From the human T2T-CHM13v2.0 reference genome, Homo sapiens: a DNA stretch of 64,000 nucleotides. The stretch lies in NCBI RefSeq assembly GCF_009914755.1, contig NC_060934.1; one strand, 5' to 3'. This document shows, in pieces, positions 21,922 to 37,347 of this stretch. Made by a program: the position numbers and the translations under genes. The notes under the pieces were generated by a model that was not told the origin of the DNA, did no database searches, and saw only the letters and a program-made list of their open reading frames with translations. Every line of letters begins with the position of its first letter. The first letter of the stretch is position 1.

Positions 21922-22059
21922 TTTATTTTTATTTTTAAAACAGAGATGGATTCTTGCTCTATTGCCCCAGGCTGGCTTCTAACTCCCGGCCTCAAGCAAT
22001 CCTCCTACCTCAGCCTCCCAAAGTGTTGGGATTACAGGCATAAGCCACCGCACCCGGCC
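21922..22059 (-). mobile_element. Free Alu monomer (FLAM-like)
   Basis: Single arm with TSD aagagat(g/a)ggttcttg (21906-21921 / 22060-22075). Confidence 0.85.
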
Positions 22060-23084
22060 AAGAGATAGGTTCTTGATGCTCAAACTGTATCATTTCATTT
22101 CCCCTGACTCTCTCACCAGTATAGCTTTAGTAGTTTTAAATGTCCTAACTTATAAATAACATAGACAATATATATTTAGGTATTTTGTCACTTTTACTTT
22201 TAGGCCAACTCTCTGCAAGCTGTTGTCTCTTTTCTCAATAGCTAATTTTAATTATAATAAAGATTGTTTGAAGCCGTGTCCTAAGCGTTTTATGGTTCCA
22301 AGAGGGTTAAGAAGCTGCGGTGCTCATACACCTAGCAAGTGGAGGAGGCAGGGTCTGAGAAAGGTTTAATTAGGGTTCTCCACCTGCCTGTAGACTCATA
22401 AACTGGTTCTGCACGGAACGTGTCACATGCCTATTTTTTTTTTTAAGTGTAAAGGAGGTCTGTTGTAACCAGGCAGGCACAGATGCTACCAGTGTGAATT
22501 ATATCCTTTGGTTCTCTGTAGAGATGAACAAGCACTTGCTTTGTCTGATGTTCAAACTCAAGCTTCTCTAAATATGACCTTTATTTTCAGTGGTGTTTTA
22601 CTCTGCTTTTCAAAATAATTCTTTGAGTGGGAAATTAATTAGGGTAACAACTTCATACCCTAGCAAAGTCTCCAGAAGATTCCTGTGAGCTCCTAGGAGA
22701 GCTTATACCCATGTCCAGCTAATGATCTCACTCCTGTCATGCTCTTTTTGTCTCCTACTCCAGCCTTCTGCTGGGCAGTGACTATTGGCCAGTGCTGTCC
22801 CCTCAGGCGGGCCCTATTGCCCTGGGTGCGGACATCTCATCTGCCTGCTGAAACTGCTGCTGTCAGGTGGGGCCCCTTCAGCACTGACTTGCCTTTCCTT
22901 TCAGTTTTCTAGATTTTCTACATATGAAACTCTCCATCTGGAATGTTTAAAAATTACAATAATAAAAACTAGAAGGAAAAGTTGATTCACATACTCTTGA
23001 TTAAATTTAAATATGCTATTTATGTTTTTAAAATTTTAAGTGTTTGGAATTGTTTTGCCTCTCAGAAATGAAGTGTGACCTTTT

Positions 23085-23891
<807 letters not shown>

Positions 23892-24385
23892 TGAGACATG
23901 AAGTCAGCTGGACTTCCGGGGTCGAGTGGAGACTTGGAGAACTTTTCTGTCTTACAAGGGGATTGTAAAATGCACCAATCAGTGCTCTGTAGCTAGCAAG
24001 AGGTTTGTAAAATGCACTAATCAGCGCTCTGTAAAATGGACCAATCAGCACTCTGTAAAATGGACCAATCAGCAGGGTTCTAAAAGTAACCAATCGCAGG
24101 GAGGATTGAGAAAAGGGCATTCTGATAGGACAGAAATAGGACATGGGAGGGGACAAATAAGGGAATAAAAGCTTGCCACCCCAGCCAGCAGCAGCAACCC
24201 TCTCGGGTCCACTTCCACGCTGTGGAAGCTTTGTTCTTTTGCTCTTCACAATAAATCTTGCTGCTGTTCACTCTTTGGGTCCATGCCACCTTTAAGAGCT
24301 ATAACACTCACTGCGAAGGTCCATGGCCTCATTCTTGAAGTCAGCAAGACCGTGAACCCACCAGAAGGAACCAACCCTGGACACA
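23892..24385 (+). promoter_or_regulatory. 5' LTR (LTR12F-like), 494 bp
   Basis: tgagacatgaagtcagctgg...ggacaca; CCAAT repeats, AATAAAA TATA-like box, AATAAA poly(A) signal. Confidence 0.92.
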
Positions 24386-24388
24386 TCT

Positions 24389-24406
24389 TGGGGGTTTGTC
24401 TGGGAT
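24389..24406 (+). other. Primer-binding site, tRNA-Pro-like
   Basis: TGGGGGTTTGTCTGGGAT versus TGGGGGCTCGTCCGGGAT: 15/18, all mismatches C>T. Confidence 0.75.
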
Positions 24407-25281
24407 ATTGCCATGCGATGAGCACCACTGGACCCCTTTTGCTTGCTATTCTGTCCTATTTTTCCTTATAATTTGGGGGCTAAACACCAAGCACTTGTGA
24501 GCTGGTTAAAAGCGACTAGTGGAGCTGCCAGACTAAAGACACGGGTGTCAGGCTTTCTGGGAAAGGGCTAACAACCCCGACTCTTTGGAGTTGGGAGGGT
24601 TGGTTTGCCTGGAACAAGCTTCTGCTTTTCCTGTACTTCTGGGCTGAGCCAAGGGACGACAGAGAGGAAAGCCATTCAGCTCCAGGGTCCTGACAAAAAG
24701 TTGGTTGACCCTGAAACCATGAGTGGAACTCTCAAAGTCACATTGCCCAAGCGAGACTTGTCCATCTATATCCTATCTATCCTGACCCTTGCCTCCTGGG
24801 TTCTAACAACTGTCAGACAAACTTCCTTCTGCCTCTCTTCTCCAAGGCTAGCATGCTTCTAAAAACCACTCCCTGTCTCTGGCGCTTTTCTAGTTCCTCC
24901 TATAAGAATGATTTATAGTATAAATTTCAAGACTCTTTTCCTTTATTTAGGCACCCAGCCTTACCAATCAGAAAGACATAATTTTTGCCCAAAGCTCTAT
25001 TGTGGGGGACTATCTGGAATACCATTTATCCTTTTAGGATTCCTCCTCAGACAAGCAGGCCTAACAAAGGCTATCCCGAAGCTAGAATATGGGGAGCCTC
25101 AGAAATGATATCCCTCCTATTCATATGAGGAGAAGTGAGAACAAAAGGTGTCACTCTTCCAACCCTAGAGATCCCTTCCCTCCCTCAGGGTATGGCCCTC
25201 CACTCCATTTTGAGGCATAATATCTTTATAGGACAAGGGTAAGTTCCCAGTACCAACAAGAGAAAATGTTTAGGACTCTAA

Positions 25282-25442
25282 CAGGTTTTTGAGAATGCGT
25301 CAGTAAGGGCCACTAAATCCGATTTTTCTTGGTCCTCTTTGTGGTCTCAGAGGAAAGGGAAGAGTGCAGGTTTTTGAGAATGCATTGGTAAGGGCCACTA
25401 AATCTGACCTTCCTCAGTCCTCTTTGTGGTCTAAGAGGAAAA
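25282..25442 (+). repeat. Two ~85-bp direct repeats in the ERV leader
   Basis: 'caggtttttgagaatgc...taagggccactaaatc...gtcctctttgtggtct' at 25282 and 25367. Confidence 0.8.
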
Positions 25443-25570
25443 CTAGTGTTTCTGCTGCTGCTGCGTCATTGAGCACAACTATTCCAGTCAGCAGGGTCCA
25501 GGGACTGTTGCAGGTTCTTGGGCAGGGGGGAAACAAACAAAGCAAAATGGCGGGCAGTTTTCTCTTTCAG

Positions 25571-27031
25571 ATGAGAAACACTCAGGCATCAACAGGCTCA
25601 CCCTTGAAATGCATCCTAAGCCACTGGGACCAATTTGACCTGCAAACTCTGAAAAAGAGGGGGCTCACTTTTTGCTGCACTATGGCCTGGCCCCAATATT
25701 CTCTCTCTGATGGGGATAAATGGCCACCTGAGGGAAGTATACATTACAGTACTATCCTGCAGCTTGACCTTTTCTATAAGAGGGAAGGCAAATGGAGTGA
25801 ACTACCTTATGTCCAAGCTTTCTTTTCATTGAAGGAGAATCCACAACTATGCAAAGCTTGCAATTTACATTCCACCAGAGGACTTCTCAGCTTACCCCCA
25901 TAACCTAGCCTCCCTACAGCTCCCCTTCCTATTAATGATAAGCCTCCTCTAATCTCCCCCACCCAGAAGGAAACAAGCAAAGAAATCTCCAAGGGACCAT
26001 AAAAACCCCCAGGTTATCAGTTATATCCCCTTCAAGCTGTAGGGGGAGGGGAATTTGGCCGGACCTGGGTACATGTCCCCTTCTCCCTCTCTGATTTAAA
26101 GCAGATCAAGGTAGACCTGGGGAAGTTTTCAGATGATCCTGATAGATACATAGACGTCCTACAGGGTCTAGGGCAAACCTTCCACCTCGCTTGGAGAGAT
26201 GTCATGCTATTGTTAGATCAAACCCTGGCCTTTAATGAAAAGAATGCGGCTTTAGCTGCAGCCTGTTTGGAGATACCTGGCATATTAGTCAAGTAAATGA
26301 TAGAATGACAGCCAAAGAAAGGGACAAATTCCCTACCAGTCAGCAAGCCATCCCCAGTTTGGACCCCACTGGGACCTCAACTCAGATCATGGGGACTGGA
26401 GCTGTAAACATCTGCTAACCTGTGTTCTAGAAGGATTAAGGAGAATTAGGAAAAAGCCCATGAATTATTCAATGATGTCCACCATAACTCAGGGAGAGGA
26501 AGAAAATCCTACCACCTTCCTTGCGCGGCTACAGGAGGCCTTAAGAAAATATAGTCCTGTCACCCGACTCACTGGAGGGTCAATTGACCCTAAAAGATAA
26601 GTTTATTACCCAATCAGCTGCAGATATCAGGAGAAAGCTCCAAAAGCGAGCCCTGGGCCCTGAACAAAATCTGGAGGCGTTATTAAGCCCGGCAACCTTG
26701 GTGTTCTATAATAGGAACCAAGAGGAACAGGCCAAAAAGGAAAAGCGAGATCAGAGAAAGGCTTAAGGCTGCATCCTTAGTCATGGCCCTCAGACAAACA
26801 AACCTTGGTAGTTCAGAGACGACAAAAAATGGAGCAGGCCAATAACCCGGTGGGGCTGGTTATCAGTGTGGTTTGCAAGGACACCTTTAAAAAGATTGTC
26901 CAATGAGAAACAAGCCACCCCCTCGCCCATGTCCACTATGCTGAGGCAATCACTGGAAGGTGCACTGCCCCAGAAGACAAAGATTCTCTGGGCCAGAAGC
27001 CCCCAACCAGATGATCCAACAATATGACTGA
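25571..27031 (+). pseudogene. gag: ERV9 gag (decayed)
   Basis: MRNTQASTGSPLKCILSHWDQFD; LKDKFITQSAADIRRKLQK; two degenerate zinc knuckles at ~26860-26970; stops and frameshifts. Confidence 0.88.
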
Positions 27032-29210
27032 GGGTGCCCGGGGCAAGCGCCAGGTCATGTCATCACCCTTACTGAGTCCTGGGTACGTTTAATCATTGAG
27101 GGCCAGGAAATTGACTTCCTCCTGGACACTGGTGTGGCCTTCTCAGTGTTAATCTTCTGTCCCAGATGGCTGTCCCCAAGGTCCGTTACCATCCGAGGAA
27201 TCCTGGGACAGCCTGTAACCAAGTATTTCTCCCACCTCCTCAGTTGTAATTGGGAGACTTTGCTCTTTTTACATGGCTTTCTTGTTATGCCTAAAAGTCC
27301 CACACCCTGAATAGGGAGGGACATATTTGCCAAAGCTAGAGCTATTATCTACATGAATATGGGGAACAAGTTGCCCATTTGTTGTCCCCTACTTGAGGAG
27401 GGAATCAACCCTGAAGTCTGGGCATTGGACAATTTGGAAGGGCAAAAATGCCCACCCAGTCCAAATCAGGCTAAAAGACCCCACCGCTTTTCCTTATCAA
27501 AGGCAATATCCCTTAAGGCCTGAGGCGCATCAAGGATTACAGGATATTGTTAGACATTCAAAAGCTCAAGGCTTAGTAAGAAAATGCAGCAGTCCCTGCA
27601 ACACCCCAATTCTAGAAGTACAAAAACTGAATGGTCAGTGGAGACTAGTGCAAGATCTTAGACTCATCAAAGAGGCAATAATTCCTCTATATCCAGCTGT
27701 ACCCAACCCCTATACCCTGCTCTCTCAAATACCAGAGGAAGCAGAATGGTTCACTGTTCTAGACCTCAAGGATGCCTTCTTTTGCATTCCCCTGCACTCT
27801 GACTCCCAGTTCCTCTTTGCCTTTGAGGATCCCACAGGCCACACATCCCAACTGATGTGGATGGTCTTGCCCCAAGGGTTTAGTGATAGCCCTCATCTGT
27901 TTGGTCAGGTACTGGCCCAAGATCTAGGCCACTTCTCAAGTCCAGGCACTCTGATCCTTCAGTATGTGGATGACTTACTTTTTGCAACCAGTTCGGAAGC
28001 CTCGTGCCAGCAGGCTACTCTAGATCTCTTGAACTTTCTAGCTAATCAAAGGTACAAGGCATCTAAATCACAGGCCCAGCTCTGCCTACAACAAGTTAAA
28101 TATCTAGGCCTAATCTTAGCCAGAGGAATCAGGGCCCTCAGCAAGGAATGAATACAGCCTACACTGGCTTATCCTCACCCTAAGACATTAAAACAGTTGC
28201 AGGGGTTCCTTGGAATCACTGGTTTTTGCTGACTATGGATCCCCAGATACAGCGAGATGGTCAGGCCACTCTGTACTCTAATCAAGGAGACCCAGAGGGC
28301 AAATACTCATCTAGCAGAATGGGAACCAGAGGCAGTAAAAGACTTCAAAACCTTAAAGCAGGCCTTAGTACAAGCTCCAGCCTTAAATCTTCCCACAAGA
28401 CAAAACTTCTCTTTATACATCACAGAGAGAGTGAGAATAGCTCTGGAGTCCTTACTCAGACTCGTGGGACAACCCCACAACCAGTGGCATACCTAAGTAA
28501 GGAAATCAATGTAGTAGCAAAAGGCTGGCCTCACTGTTTATGGGTAGTTGCAGCGGTGGCCATCTTAGTTTCAGAGGCTATCAAAATAATACAAGGAAAG
28601 GATCTCACTGTCTGAACTACTCATGATATAAATGGCATACTAGGTGCCAAAGGAAGTTTATGGCTGTCAGATACCAGGTGCTACTCCTTGAGGGACTGGT
28701 GCTTCAAATATGCACATCTGCCACCCTCAACCCTACCACTTTTCTCCCAGAGGATGGAGAACCAATCGAGCATGACTGCCAACAAATTGTTGCCCAGACT
28801 TAAGCCACCCAAGAGGATATATTAGAAGTCCCCTTAGCTAATCCTGTCCTTAACCTATATACTGATGCAAGTTCATTTGTGGAGAATGGGATATGAAGGG
28901 CAGGTTATACCATAGTTAGTGATGTAACAGTACTTGAAAGTAAGCTTCTTCCCACAGGGACAAGTGCCCAGTTAGCAGAACTAGTTACGCTTACCCAAGC
29001 CTTCGAACTGGGAAAGGGAAAAAGAATAAATGTGTATACAGATGGCAAGTATGTTTATCTAATCCTATGCGCCCATGCTGCAATATGGAAAGAAAGGGCG
29101 TTCCTAACCTCTGGGGGAACCCCCATTAAATGCCACAAGGAAATCATGAAGTTATTTCACGCAATGCAAAAACCCAAGGAGGTGGAAGTCTTATACTGCT
29201 GAAGCCATCA
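27032..29210 (+). pseudogene. pol: ERV9 pro-pol (protease, RT, tether, RNase H); integrase absent
   Basis: LLDTGVA at ~27120; LDLKDAFF, LPQG and YVDD in ORF 27393-28151; PVAYLSK/GWP tether; YTDASS...SAQLAEL...YTDGKY RNase H. Confidence 0.9.
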
Positions 29211-29345
29211 AAGAGAGAGGGGAAGAGACAGAGTGACAAAGAGGAGAGAGAAAGAGAGAGGAAGAGATAGAGAGACAAAGAGGGAGTCAGAGAGAGGAAG
29301 ACACAGAGAGACAAAGAGGGAGTCAAAAAGAAAGAGAGATGGAAG
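29210..29345 (+). repeat. AG-rich low-complexity junction
   Basis: (AG)-rich tract with a repeated agagagacaaagagggagtca unit. Confidence 0.85.
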
Positions 29346-30155
29346 TAGTAAAGAAAAAAAACAGCATACCCTATTCCTTTAAAAGCCAGGGTAAATTTAA
29401 AACCTATAATTGATAATTGATGGTCTTCTCTTAACCCTATAACACTCCAATACTACCTTGTTGTCAGTGTGAACAAGGACGTAGCCCGAAAGCACTGAGG
29501 CCACTGAAAACCCACAGCCTACCTATCCTTAACCCAGTAACCCACAGATGGCCCACATGCATTTAATCTGTAGTGGCAACTGCTTTGCTAACAGAAGAAA
29601 GTAGGAAGATAACTTTTAGAGGTAACCTCATTGTGAGCACACCTCACCAGGTCAAAATCATTCTAAATAAAAAAAAAAAAAAAAGGTAGCTACTTACTCA
29701 AAAATATTAAAGTATGGTGCTATTCTGATAGAAAAAGATGATTTAACCCAGCAGATTTCCTAACAGGGGATCTAAATCTTAATTAATTACCATACAAAGG
29801 TCTGACCAGACCCAGGAGGAACTCCCTTCAGGACAATCGATGGTTCCTCCTGGGCAATTAAGGGGAAAAGTCACAATGAGTATTCAGTAAGCGATAAGGA
29901 AACTCTTGTAGAAGCAGAGTTAGGAAAATTGCCTAATAGTTGGTCTGCTCAAATGTGCCAGCTGTTTGCACTCAGCCAAATCTTAAAGTACTTACAGAAT
30001 CAGGAAGGAGCCATCTATACCAATTGTAAGTTAACATGTACTGAACGAGGTCATATTAATAGCAAAGAATAATTGAAATCCCAAACTTACAAGGTTTTCT
30101 ACAAAAATAAAGTTTGCTAAAAGTTAACAGTGTAACATGTATTATCCTAACTTCT
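29342..30155 (+). pseudogene. Second, deleted pol fragment of HERV-I/HERV-IP type (RT start, tether, RNase H)
   Basis: Manual translation: YPIPLKARVNLKPII, PYNTPIL, ILNPVTHRWPTCI*SVVATALLTEESRKITFRGNLIVSTPHQV (from 29525), IDGSS...WSAQMCQLFALSQILKYLQNQEGAIYT (from 29836). Confidence 0.75.
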
Positions 30156-30160
30156 ACTCT

Positions 30161-30925
30161 TGTGGAAATCAGACCATCAGACCCTATCTGTGCCCCTCAA
30201 AGCTCAAGTCCGTCAGTGCCAGGCCATACAACTAATACCCCTAATTATAGGGTTAGGAATGGCTACTGCTACAGGAACCAGAATAGAGGTTTGTCCACTT
30301 CATTATCCTACTACTGCACACTCTCAAAGGATTTCTTAGACAGTTTGTGAGAAATAACAAAATCTATCCTTACTCTACAATCCCAAATAGACTCTTTGGC
30401 AGCAGTGACTTTCCAAAACCACCAAGGCCTAGACCTCCTCTCTGGTGAGAAAGAAAGACTTTGCACCTTCTTAGAGGAAGAGTGTTGCTTTTACACTAAC
30501 CAGTCAGGGATAGTATGAGACACCACCTGGCATTTACAGAAAAAGGCCTCTGAAATCAGACAATGCCTTTCAAACTCTTATACCAACCTCTGGAGTTAGG
30601 CGTCATGGCTTCTCCCCTTTCTAGGTCCAGTGACAGCCATCTTGCTATTACTCGCCTTCAGGCCCTGTGTTTTTAACCTCCTTGTCAAATTTGTTTCCTT
30701 CAAAATTGATGCCATCAAGCTACAAATGGTCTTACAAATGGAACCCCAAATGAGCTCAACTCATAGCTTCTACCGAGGACCCCCGGACCAACCCACTGGC
30801 CCTTTGGCCTACAGAGTTCCCCTCTAGAGGACACTACAACTACACGGCCCCTTCTTCACCCCTATCCAGCAGGAAGTAGCTAGAGTTGTCATCGCCCAAT
30901 TCCCAACAGTAGTTGGGGTGTCCTG
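30161..30925 (+). pseudogene. env: ERV9 env remnant (end of SU plus TM)
   Basis: Fusion peptide AIQLIPLIIGLGMATATGT; ISD FQNHQGLDLL at 30411; CTFLEEECC at 30462; AIKLQMVLQMEPQM. Confidence 0.85.
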
Positions 30926-30939
30926 CTTAGAGGGGGGAT

Positions 30940-31544
30940 TGAGAGATGAAGCCAGCTGGACTGGGTCCAGTGGGGACTTGGAGAACTTTTCTGTCTTACA
31001 AGGGGATTGTAAAATGCACCAATCAGTGCTCTGTAGCTAGCAAGAGGTTTGTAAAATGCACCAATCAATGCTCCATAAAAATGCACCAATCAGAGCTCTG
31101 TAGCTAGCAAGAGGTTTGTAAAATGGACCAATCAGCACTCCGTAAAATGGACCAATCAGTGCTCTGTAAAATGGACCAATCAGTGCTCTGTAAAATGGAC
31201 CAATCAGCACTCTGTAAAATGGACCAATCAGCAGAATGCTAAAAGTAACCAATCATGGGGAGGATTGAGAAAAGGGCATTCTTGTAGGACAGAAACAGGA
31301 CACGGGAAGGGACAAATAAGGGAATAAAAGCTGGCCACCCCAGCCAGCAGTGGCAACCTGCTCAGGTCCCCTCCCATGCTGTGGAAGCTTTGTTCTTTCA
31401 CTCTTCATGATAAATCTTTCTGCTGCTCACTCTTTGGGTCTGTGCCACCTTTAAGAGCTATAACACTCACAGTGAAGGTCTGCAGCTTCACTCTTGAAGT
31501 CGGCAAGACCACGAACCCACTGGAAGGAACCAACTCCGGACACA
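30940..31544 (+). promoter_or_regulatory. 3' LTR (LTR12F-like), 605 bp
   Basis: Same LTR with a longer CCAAT array. Confidence 0.92.
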
Positions 31545-31552
31545 CTGCCAGC

Positions 31553-32060
31553 TATCATTTCTTTGTATTGGGAACATTCAATATCCTCCTTCTAGCTATT
31601 TGAAACTGTACAACATATTGTTAAGCATAGAACACTAGAATTTATTCTGCCTATCTAGCTGTAATTTTGTATCCTTTAACAAAAAGAATCTTTTTTTAAA
31701 GGATCTCTCTTATGTAAAATGATCTCTTCCTATCTTCTCCCTCTCCCTAAACTTCCCAGCTTCTAGTATCTTTTACTTCTATGAAATCCACTTTTTTAAC
31801 TTCTGCATATGAGTGAGAACATGTGGTGTTTAACTTCTGGTTCCTGGCTTATTTCATGTAACGTAATGTCCTCCAGTTCCATCTGTGTTGCCACAGATGA
31901 CAGGATTTCATTCCTTGTTAGGGCTGAATAGTATTTCACTGTGTATGGGTACCATATTTTCCTTTTCCATTCATCTGTTGATGGACGCTTGGGTTGATTC
32001 CTTATCTTGGCTGTTGTGAATAGTGCTGTGATAAACATGGGGTTGCAGATGTCTCTTAGA
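31553..32060 (-). mobile_element. L1MA 3' region (right piece)
   Basis: ORF 31796-32038 is the L1 ORF2 C-terminus (MFITALFTTAKIRNQPK). Confidence 0.85.
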
Positions 32061-32635
32061 AGTGCAACCCTTTCTGTTCCAGCAAATGAATTCAGTCAAT
32101 TTTGGAAAGTTTCTCTTTTCTCTCTGGATGTCACTGGGTTTTTTAAAATCAACATACTTGTATAGAATATGCTTTGAAGTTTGTAAATGAGAACCAACCG
32201 GCTCACCAAGGGAAGCAGAGTGGACAGGTTATTACGGACTTTGTGTTTTCCTATTAGATGGACTAAGTTCTTTATATAGTAAGCTATTCATTCTTTGCCA
32301 TCTGGTGGCAACTATTTTTCCCTGATATGTTCAATTTTAGTACTTTAAAACTTTTTTCTTTTTCTTTTTAGCACTTATGCCAATTTAAATGAATTATTTG
32401 TATGAGTCATGGTTCAATGTTTGTATAATACATAAACTTCTTACCATCTCTACGTCGTCCACCATGCACACCTAGCAACTGCCACTTCTCATCTGACCTG
32501 TATCAGCAGCCAGATCTCTGGGACTCCCTGCCTCCCCTCCCATCCCTCCTAGTTCCTTCTCCTCACAGCAGCCAAAAGGAACCTGTTACTACAAAATTGT
32601 GATCATGACACTGTCTTCTTCAGAAATCTGTAAAG

Positions 32636-32979
<344 letters not shown>

Positions 32980-33611
32980 CTAGCAAGTCCTTCTGGACTG
33001 GGTCCCTGGCTCTAAGTGTACAGGAAGCAAATTGGTTTCTATATTTTGATACTGTATCCAGGAAGGTTGGTGAGCACACCTCTTAATTCTAATAGTTTTC
33101 CTGTAGATTCTCTCTGAATGCCTGTCATAGGCATATCATCTGACAATAATGCCAGTTTTGTTTCTTCTTTTCAAATCTTTACATCTTTTATTTCTATTTT
33201 TACCTTACTGGGTAGAACTTCTCTAATAATATTGAATAGAAGCAATGACAGCTGGCTTTCTTGTCTTGTTCCTAACTTAAAGAGCACGCTTTAAACTTTT
33301 CACCATTAAATATGTTTGCTGCAGGTTTTTGTTAGATATACTTTATAAGAAGAAGGAATTTTCCTTTTATTATATTTTGCTGAGAGATTTTTACAATTAT
33401 AAATGCATATTGAAGGATAATGAGGTCAGCCTTGCCCTGTCAGATATTAATATATTAAAAAGTTATAATAAAGATTGTGGCAGTAGTACCAGGATAGAAC
33501 AGTGGCAGATTAATACACAGTCTAAAACTAGATGCAAACATACACAAGAACTTAGATGATTTATTCTGGCTCCCTTTGTTTTAGGTTGTTATGTTTTCCT
33601 CTTGATTGTCT

Positions 33612-33909
33612 TTCTTTTTTTTTCTAGACTGGATCTCTTTCTATCACCCGGGTTGGAGTGCAGTGGTACGATCATGGCTCACTGCAGCCTCTACCTCTCA
33701 ACCTCCTGAGCTCAAGGGATCCTCCTGCCTCAACCTCCAGAGTAGCTGAAACTACAGATGCATACCACCATGCCTAGCTAATATTTTTATTTTCTGTACA
33801 GACATGGTCTCATTATGTTGCCCAAGGCTAGTCTATGTTGCCCAGGCTGGCCTCCCATCTCAGCCTTTCAAAGTGGTAGGATTACAGGTGTGGAGCACTG
33901 CACCCAGCC
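33612..33909 (-). mobile_element. Alu (AluJ-like, rearranged)
   Basis: Reverse Alu with a duplicated 'tatgttgccca'. Confidence 0.88.
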
Positions 33910-36240
<2,331 letters not shown>

Positions 36241-37327
36241 TTGTGTTCCTTCTCCCAATCCCACAGAGTCTAGCTTTCTGCAAAGGCTCACATCTGCTGT
36301 CTTGGGGGCACACATGGAAAACTGGCCACTATCAGGAGAGAAGGGTGATTCACTCAGAGCATTGGGGGCACTTGTGGGCCAGTTTGGAAGAAGGGAGCCT
36401 CCAGACAGGCATCTCAAGAGGACTCCTGATGGAGTCCCAGAAGCGGTTAGTATAATTTAAGGCCCTTTGTCAAGTTTCAAGCCCTCATTGCTGTAGGTCC
36501 TTTCTTCTCTTACTTGATCACAGCCTCTCCCAGCCACTCAGCTGTGTTGATTCCTTTTGTATTCTGGGTGGACAAGGAAGAGGTGGGCCTTTTGGCAGGT
36601 CCCAGGTATAGCTAGGGTAGCCCGGCACTCACTACGCTCTCACTTTCCCTTGTGCAAAGAATGGTGTGCTCAGGGGGTGGTTTCTCTTGGCACTGAGCTG
36701 TGCCACCTTGTGGGAGGGCTGACTCAATTAAAATGAAACTGTTTTACCCTCTTCAATGTGTCTGTTCCAGGATTTTTTTTTCCAACAGTATGCTGGAACT
36801 TCTCCACTGGTCTTTAGGACTCTCACAAAGGTACTCTTGTCTATGGGTGGTTGTCAAAATCCATGCATTGTGGAGAGATGATGACAGAAAACTGTCTGCC
36901 ATCTTGCTGATGTGATTCCTGACTTTGTTTCTCTTTATTCCTCTTCAAGCAAGGCAAGTCCTAGTTAAACTTGGACAAGGTGTGAAAGTGCGTCCACTGT
37001 TTCTCGCCTTTGTGTGATGGTTGAATTCTCTTGCCAGGTCTACAGTGAGAGGGCAGGCTGGGGAGCACAGCATCCTGTCCAATTTCCAGCTCCTAGTAGG
37101 CTTTCACACAGTGCACCTCTAATATGTTGAATTGACACCTTCTATCATGTTACATCGTTCATGTATCCTCTGAACCAAAATTGTACATAAAAATTAAAAC
37201 CCACTCACTGTTACAGGGTTATTCCAATTGCCACTCATCTACAGAACTTTATTCACTGGGAACGTATTCCTGAAATTAAATATGCACAAAAGTTATAGGC
37301 TTACACCTGAAGAAGGTCAATTGAAAT

Positions 37328-37347
37328 GATGATGATGATGATGATGA
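37328..37347. repeat. (GAT)n microsatellite
   Basis: gatgatgatgatgatgatga. Confidence 0.85.

Larger units (their letters stand above)
23892..31544 (+). mobile_element. ERV9-family provirus with two LTR12F-like LTRs; defective, mosaic interior
   Basis: TG...CA LTR pair, PBS, gag-pro-pol, env TM, PPT (agaggggggat at ~30929-30939). Confidence 0.95.

Noticed and set aside
30161-30925. Domesticated syncytin-like env
   Set aside because: SU is mostly deleted, the furin site is degraded, and TM has stops and frameshifts.
31005-31235. Regularly spaced ~24-bp repeats resembling a CRISPR array
   Set aside because: No unique spacers or cas genes; this is the LTR12 CCAAT enhancer array.
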